The notes under the pieces are model-generated. The model made no database searches and was not told where the DNA came from. It saw nothing but the letters and a program-made list of their open reading frames with translations. From contig CAXWPH010000014.1 of the NCBI GenBank assembly GCA_963666055.2, positions 96,001-160,000 on the forward strand: a stretch of DNA of 64,000 nucleotides. The letters are read 5' to 3'. Source of the DNA: Acidobacteriota bacterium. GTDB taxonomy: Bacteria > Acidobacteriota > UBA890 > WLXD01. The translations under genes were made by a program, and so were the position numbers. Shown here piece after piece: positions 59,530-64,000 of this stretch (its first letter is position 1; each line of letters opens with the position of its first letter).

Positions 59530-60605
59530 AGGTCGCCGTCGACGCCCGTGAGATGGCCGGTCGCCGAACAGGCGTCGGTCGCGTGATTCAGGGACTGCTG
59601 GAGGCATGGCCCGAAGGCGATGAGATCTGCCTGATAAGCCGCACACCTCTGGCTACCGCGCCGCTGCGTTCGGGGTGGGGCACAATCGTCGATTCCGGAT
59701 CCGCCGCGATGCCGGGTGCGGTATGGGAGCAACTTCGCCTGCCGCGCGTGGTGCGCCACAGCGGCGCCGACGCCCTCCTCGCTCCCAACTACAGCATGCC
59801 ACTGCGCGCTCCCTGCCCTACTGCCGTATGCATGCATGACTGTGCACCGTTCGCGGTGCCACAGGGTTTTAGGCCACGCGAACGGTGGCGTCGGCGCGTC
59901 GGCGCGCGCATCGCAGCGCGCCGAGCGGCCTTCCTCTTCATGGGGTCACGCTTCGCGGCCGACGAGGCCCAGAAGCACCTCGCGGTCCTCCAGGAGCGTC
60001 TGCTGGTGGTCCCCTGGGGGCTTACGCGTGGCTTCGGCGCGGTCTCGGATGAACGCGTTGTCGCCGTACGAGAGCGCTACCGAATCCGCGGCCGCAGCGT
60101 GCTGTTCGTCGGCTCGGGCCTGCAGCGACGTGGCCTTCAGGATCTCGACAACTGGATGACGGAGATAGCCGCCACTCGCCCCGACGTGGAGTTTCTCGCG
60201 GCGGGAACCCGGCCCGAGGCGGGGAGTAACGAGACTTCGATGCGGCACCTCGGGTACGTCCACGAGGACGACCTGGCGCCCCTGTACGCCGCAGCCACCG
60301 TCGTTGCCTACCCATCGTCGTATGAGGGCTTCGGGCTGTCCGTGCTCGAGGCGCTCGCCTGTGGCACGCCCGCGGTAGTATCGGCCACATCGGCCCTGGC
60401 GGAGGTCTACGCCGACCATGCGCGCCTCGTTCCGCATGGAGACGGGACCGCGTGGAAGACCGCGCTGGCCGCACTGCTCGACGACGAGACCGAGCGTCAA
60501 CGCACTATCGACGCCGGGACCGCATGGGCTCGAGCCCAGAGTTGGCAGCCTAGCGCCACGCGTCTGCGGGACCGGCTTGCGACCGCTGCAGGCGACCGGC
60601 AATGA
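59526..60605 (+). CDS. Glycosyltransferase family 4
   Basis: VDAR...TGVGR, YPSSYEGFGLSVLEALACG; ATGA coupling. Confidence 0.92.
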   Translation: MKVAVDAREMAGRRTGVGRVIQGLLEAWPEGDEICLISRTPLATAPLRSGWGTIVDSGSAAMPGAVWEQLRLPRVVRHSGADALLAPNYSMPLRAPCPTAVCMHDCAPFAVPQGFRPRERWRRRVGARIAARRAAFLFMGSRFAADEAQKHLAVLQERLLVVPWGLTRGFGAVSDERVVAVRERYRIRGRSVLFVGSGLQRRGLQDLDNWMTEIAATRPDVEFLAAGTRPEAGSNETSMRHLGYVHEDDLAPLYAAATVVAYPSSYEGFGLSVLEALACGTPAVVSATSALAEVYADHARLVPHGDGTAWKTALAALLDDETERQRTIDAGTAWARAQSWQPSATRLRDRLATAAGDRQ

Positions 60606-61522
60606 GCGCCACACAAGTTGATGTCGTGGTGGTGAGCTTCAATCGCCGCGAGCTGTTGGCGAAGTGCTGCGAGAGCATCGCCGAGCTCGGCGCACGGGCC
60701 CACCTGATCGTGGTCGACAACGCCTCTGAGGATGGTAGCGCCGAGATGGTACGCGAGAGATTCCCGCAGGCCTCCCTCATCGCCAGCGACCGCAACCTGG
60801 GTTTCGGCCGCGCCGTCAATCGGGGTGCCGCCACCGGCAATGCGGCGTTGCTGCTGCTGCTGAACAGCGACGCCGAGCTGCTCCCGGGAGCCTATGCCGC
60901 GTTGGCGGCGGCGCTCCGTGACGACTCCGACGCAGCCGCAGTCGGGCCCCGCCTGACCGACCAGCACGGCCGCACCGAGCTGTCCGTCGGCCGCACCCTG
61001 AGCCTGTCCAACGAAGCGTGGTTCAAGATCCTCGGAAGCGCACACCACGCCAGACTCCCGATGCTGCACGGTCTCGTCGAGCGCCGCTACGGGCGAGCCC
61101 GAAAGACGCGATCGTTAAGCGCCGCATGCCTACTGCTGCGCCGTGAGGCTTTCGATCAGTTGGGAGGCCTCGATGAGCGCTTCTTCCTCTATGCCGAAGA
61201 CGTCGACCTGTGCCGCAGGCTGGCTCGGGCCGGCTGGCATCTGCGCTATGTTCCCGAGGCGCGCGTAAAGCATCGCCGTGGCGCTTCCGCAGCAGTGCAG
61301 CCCGTGCTGAGCGAGCGCTGGTATCGCGCCAGCCAGATTGCCTTCTACGACAAGCACCGCTCCCGCGTCGCTCTGGCCAGCTTGCGCATGTATCTGCACA
61401 TTCGCTATGCGCTGATGTCGCGGTTCGGAGACCGGAAGCGACGCATGCGGGCGCGCGCCGTTGCCGACTGGCTGCGCGGCGAACCGGCGGCGACGGCGGC
61501 TGACACGGCGAGCCACAGTTGA
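60602..61522 (+). CDS. Glycosyltransferase family 2 (WbbL/rhamnosyltransferase-like)
   Basis: VVDNASEDGS, NLGFGRAVN, LLNSD, DERFFLYAEDVDLC. Confidence 0.9.
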   Translation: MSATQVDVVVVSFNRRELLAKCCESIAELGARAHLIVVDNASEDGSAEMVRERFPQASLIASDRNLGFGRAVNRGAATGNAALLLLLNSDAELLPGAYAALAAALRDDSDAAAVGPRLTDQHGRTELSVGRTLSLSNEAWFKILGSAHHARLPMLHGLVERRYGRARKTRSLSAACLLLRREAFDQLGGLDERFFLYAEDVDLCRRLARAGWHLRYVPEARVKHRRGASAAVQPVLSERWYRASQIAFYDKHRSRVALASLRMYLHIRYALMSRFGDRKRRMRARAVADWLRGEPAATAADTASHS

Positions 61523-62646
61523 TGCGAGTCGCCATCGATGCCCGCAAGATCAACGACTACGGGATCGGGGCGTATCTGCGGGGGCTGGTCGATGCGAGCG
61601 CCCGGGCTCGCCCTGACTGGCGCTTCGTGTTGATCGGCGACCCCAGGGCCGCGCCAGAGCTCGACGAGCACGCCAACGTCACATGGATCGCCAATTCTTC
61701 TCGAAAGTACGGAGTCGGCGAGCTCGTCAGCCTGCCGCGCGCTGTCCACAGGGCACGTGCCGACGTATTCCACGCACCACACTACGTCGTTCCACCGAGG
61801 CTACCGTGCCCGCTGGTGGTGACGGTGCACGATTGCATCCACTTGCGCTTTCGTGGCCAGCTGCCGCGGCCGCTCGGCTTCTTGCCTCGGTCTCTGAGCT
61901 ACGCGTACGCACGCACCATGATGGGTCATGCGGTGGCCAGCGCCGTCCGAGTGATCGCCGTCTCCGAGTCCACCTGCCAGGACCTCATCGAGCGCTTGTC
62001 GGCTCCGATCGACCGCCTCCGCGTTGTACTAAACGGCGCCAGCGAGTTCTGGCACGAACCTACGCCAGAGCCACAGGCCACTGCGATCGCGCGGCGCCTC
62101 GAGCTGCCCGAGCGCTACCTGCTGTGGGTCGGTAACCCGAAGCCACATAAGAACCTGGAGCGGCTGGTATGCGCGTTCGAGCGACTCGCGCAACAGCACG
62201 AAGACCTCCACCTGTTGCTGGCCGGTGCGAGACCTGCCCAGGTGGACGCTCTGACGCGCCCCCGGATCCGCCCGGAGCGGTGTCGAGCGCTCGGGAAGAT
62301 CAGCAACCAGGCGTTGCGGCTATTGTACGAGCGCGCCACGGCGCTGGTGCTGCCGTCGCTCTGGGAGGGATTCGGACTCCCGGCGCTCGAAGCCATGGCC
62401 GCCGGAGCGCCGGTGGTTGCAGCGGATGTGGGTGGGTTGCGGGAGATCGTCGGTACGGCGGGCGTGTTGGTGGATCCGGGCAAGACCGATTCGATCGCCG
62501 CTGGAGTCGCGCGCCTGCTCGACGACCGGAACCTATCGGAGGAGCTGCGCCGCCGCGGCCGCGAACGCGCCACACAGCTGAGCTGGGATCGAGCCGCCGA
62601 AGCCACCATGCTCGCCTACTCGGAAGCGGCGGGCGGTGCGACGTGA
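61522..62646 (+). CDS. Glycosyltransferase family 4
   Basis: IDAR...GIGAY, KPHKN, PSLWEGFGLPALEAMA. Confidence 0.92.
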   Translation: MRVAIDARKINDYGIGAYLRGLVDASARARPDWRFVLIGDPRAAPELDEHANVTWIANSSRKYGVGELVSLPRAVHRARADVFHAPHYVVPPRLPCPLVVTVHDCIHLRFRGQLPRPLGFLPRSLSYAYARTMMGHAVASAVRVIAVSESTCQDLIERLSAPIDRLRVVLNGASEFWHEPTPEPQATAIARRLELPERYLLWVGNPKPHKNLERLVCAFERLAQQHEDLHLLLAGARPAQVDALTRPRIRPERCRALGKISNQALRLLYERATALVLPSLWEGFGLPALEAMAAGAPVVAADVGGLREIVGTAGVLVDPGKTDSIAAGVARLLDDRNLSEELRRRGRERATQLSWDRAAEATMLAYSEAAGGAT

Positions 62647-63761
62647 GAACGGCGCTCGTTCACGACTGGCTTACCGGGATGAGGGGTGGCGAAAAAGTGC
62701 TCGAGCGCCTCGCGGCGATGTTCCCGGAGGCACCCATCTACACGCTGTTTCATCATCCAGACAGTGTCAGCGCGGCCCTGGAAAACCATCCGATCCATAC
62801 CTCGTTTCTGCAACGGCTTCCGGCTCGACAATCGTATCGCTGGTATCTACCTCTCTACCCGTTGGCGATGCGATTTTTCGACCTGACGGAGTTCGACCTC
62901 GTCGTCTCGAGCAGCCACTGTGCCGCCAAGGCTGCAATCAGCCGCCCGGACGCCCACCACGTCTGCTACTGCCACACCCCCATGCGCTACGCCTGGGATC
63001 AGTTCGATACCTACTTCTCTGCCGAGCGCGTTGGTCGGCTACGCCGTGCGCTTATCCGGCCGACGATGGCCTGCCTGCGTCGGTGGGATCGCAGCACGGC
63101 GGCGCGCGTCGACTCGTTCGTGGCCAACTCGGGATACGTCGCCGGCCGCATTCGTCGCTACTATGGGCGCCAGGCGGAAGTGATTCCTCCACCTGTCGAC
63201 ACGGAACGCTTTACCCCGTCAGGCGCGCCGCCCGACGACTTCTACCTCATGGTCACCGCCTTGAGTCCTTACAAGCGTGTCGATGTGGCCATCGAGGCGT
63301 TCAACCGCATGGGCCGGGAGCTCGTGATCGTGGGCTCCGGCCCGGAGGTTGAGCACCTGCGCCAGCTCGCGGGGCCGACGGTTCGCTTGGCAGGGCGGGT
63401 CAGCGACGCCGAGTTGGTGGACCTCTATCGCCGGTGCCGGGGATTCGTACTTCCCGGTATCGAGGATGCGGGTATCGCACCGATCGAGGCGATGGCGTGC
63501 GGTCGCCCGGCGCTGGTGTTGGCAACCGGCGGTGCCATGGAAACCGTGCTGCCTGGAGTCACCGGTCTACACATTCCGCAGCCAACACCCGAGGCAATCG
63601 TCAACGTTGTTGACAGCTGCGAAGGGCTCACCTTCAATACAGGCGTCATCCGTGCTCACGCAGAGGACTACTCCCTCGACGTATTCGACCGGCGGATCGT
63701 CGGTTTTATCGAGCGCGCCCTCGACAGCACGCGGCTCGCCTCCGCTTCGGACATCTCATGA
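62643..63761 (+). CDS. Glycosyltransferase family 4
   Basis: ALVHDWLTGMRGGEKV, YCHTPMRYAWD, EDAGIAPIEAMACG. Confidence 0.92.
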   Translation: MRTALVHDWLTGMRGGEKVLERLAAMFPEAPIYTLFHHPDSVSAALENHPIHTSFLQRLPARQSYRWYLPLYPLAMRFFDLTEFDLVVSSSHCAAKAAISRPDAHHVCYCHTPMRYAWDQFDTYFSAERVGRLRRALIRPTMACLRRWDRSTAARVDSFVANSGYVAGRIRRYYGRQAEVIPPPVDTERFTPSGAPPDDFYLMVTALSPYKRVDVAIEAFNRMGRELVIVGSGPEVEHLRQLAGPTVRLAGRVSDAELVDLYRRCRGFVLPGIEDAGIAPIEAMACGRPALVLATGGAMETVLPGVTGLHIPQPTPEAIVNVVDSCEGLTFNTGVIRAHAEDYSLDVFDRRIVGFIERALDSTRLASASDIS

Positions 63762-63789
63762 TTCTGCTGCCTGACGGGGAACGACGCTG

Positions 63790-64000
63790 GTGATCAACCG
63801 ACACCGAGTCACGATCGCGATCGCGTTGCTGGTGGCCGATGTCGTGGCGATCAGTGGCGCCTTCCTGTTTGCGTACTGGCTACGGTTCGAATTTCAGATT
63901 CTGCCGGCCAGCGATCTGCCCGGCGACATCCCGACGTTGGCAAGCTACCTCCGCGTGCTCGTCGCGGCGCTGATCATCCTGCCGCTGGCACTGTCATCGG
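63790..64000 (+). CDS. Probable polyprenyl-phosphate sugar phosphotransferase (WcaJ/WbaP-like), N-terminus only
   Basis: VINRHRVTIAIALLVADVVAISGAFLFAYWLRF... matches the TM N-terminus pattern (D...AY.LRF); it follows a GT cluster and is truncated by the window. Confidence 0.6.
   Translation, partial: MINRHRVTIAIALLVADVVAISGAFLFAYWLRFEFQILPASDLPGDIPTLASYLRVLVAALIILPLALSS

Overview
A high-GC bacterial chromosome segment. Gene order and protein features suggest Acidobacteriota, but that is an inference. Most of it is a minus-strand block of core genes. From 1-31 kb: argS, rnhB, rplS, trmD, rimM, khpA, rpsP, ffh, ribBA, ribE, ribD, ftsY, a TPR protein, gpsA, plsY, pncC/cinA-C, pgpA, asnS, amgK/murU-like genes, frr, pyrH, tsf, rpsB, rpsI, rplM, pnp, rpsO, truB, nrnA, rbfA, DUF503, infB, nusA and rimP. 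Next come thrC-tatA-tatC (+), then recJ, accA, an orphan gene, dnaE, guaA, priA, udg, coaBC, rpoZ, gmk and yicC (-). A small accessory block follows (heme c-PQQ dehydrogenase, M20 amidohydrolase, SDR, divergent ureohydrolase), then DUF374-msbA-lpxB (-) and a divergent glycosyltransferase operon (+). The main non-genic signal is a set of ~280-bp CTAG-flanked MITE-like elements: three full copies and one truncated copy of family 1, plus one copy of family 2. The two families have different terminal repeats but the same internal plan: two oppositely oriented copies of a conserved ~65-nt core around a C-GNA-G mini-hairpin. The stacked pair at 52 kb separates a Shine-Dalgarno site from its start codon. 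Seven apparent single-base insertions between 33.5 and 45.6 kb (tatC, dnaE, guaA, priA x3, coaBC) are probably consensus errors; one of them creates an apparent CoaBC-UDG fusion. I recognised no rRNA, tRNA, CRISPR array or transposase gene.
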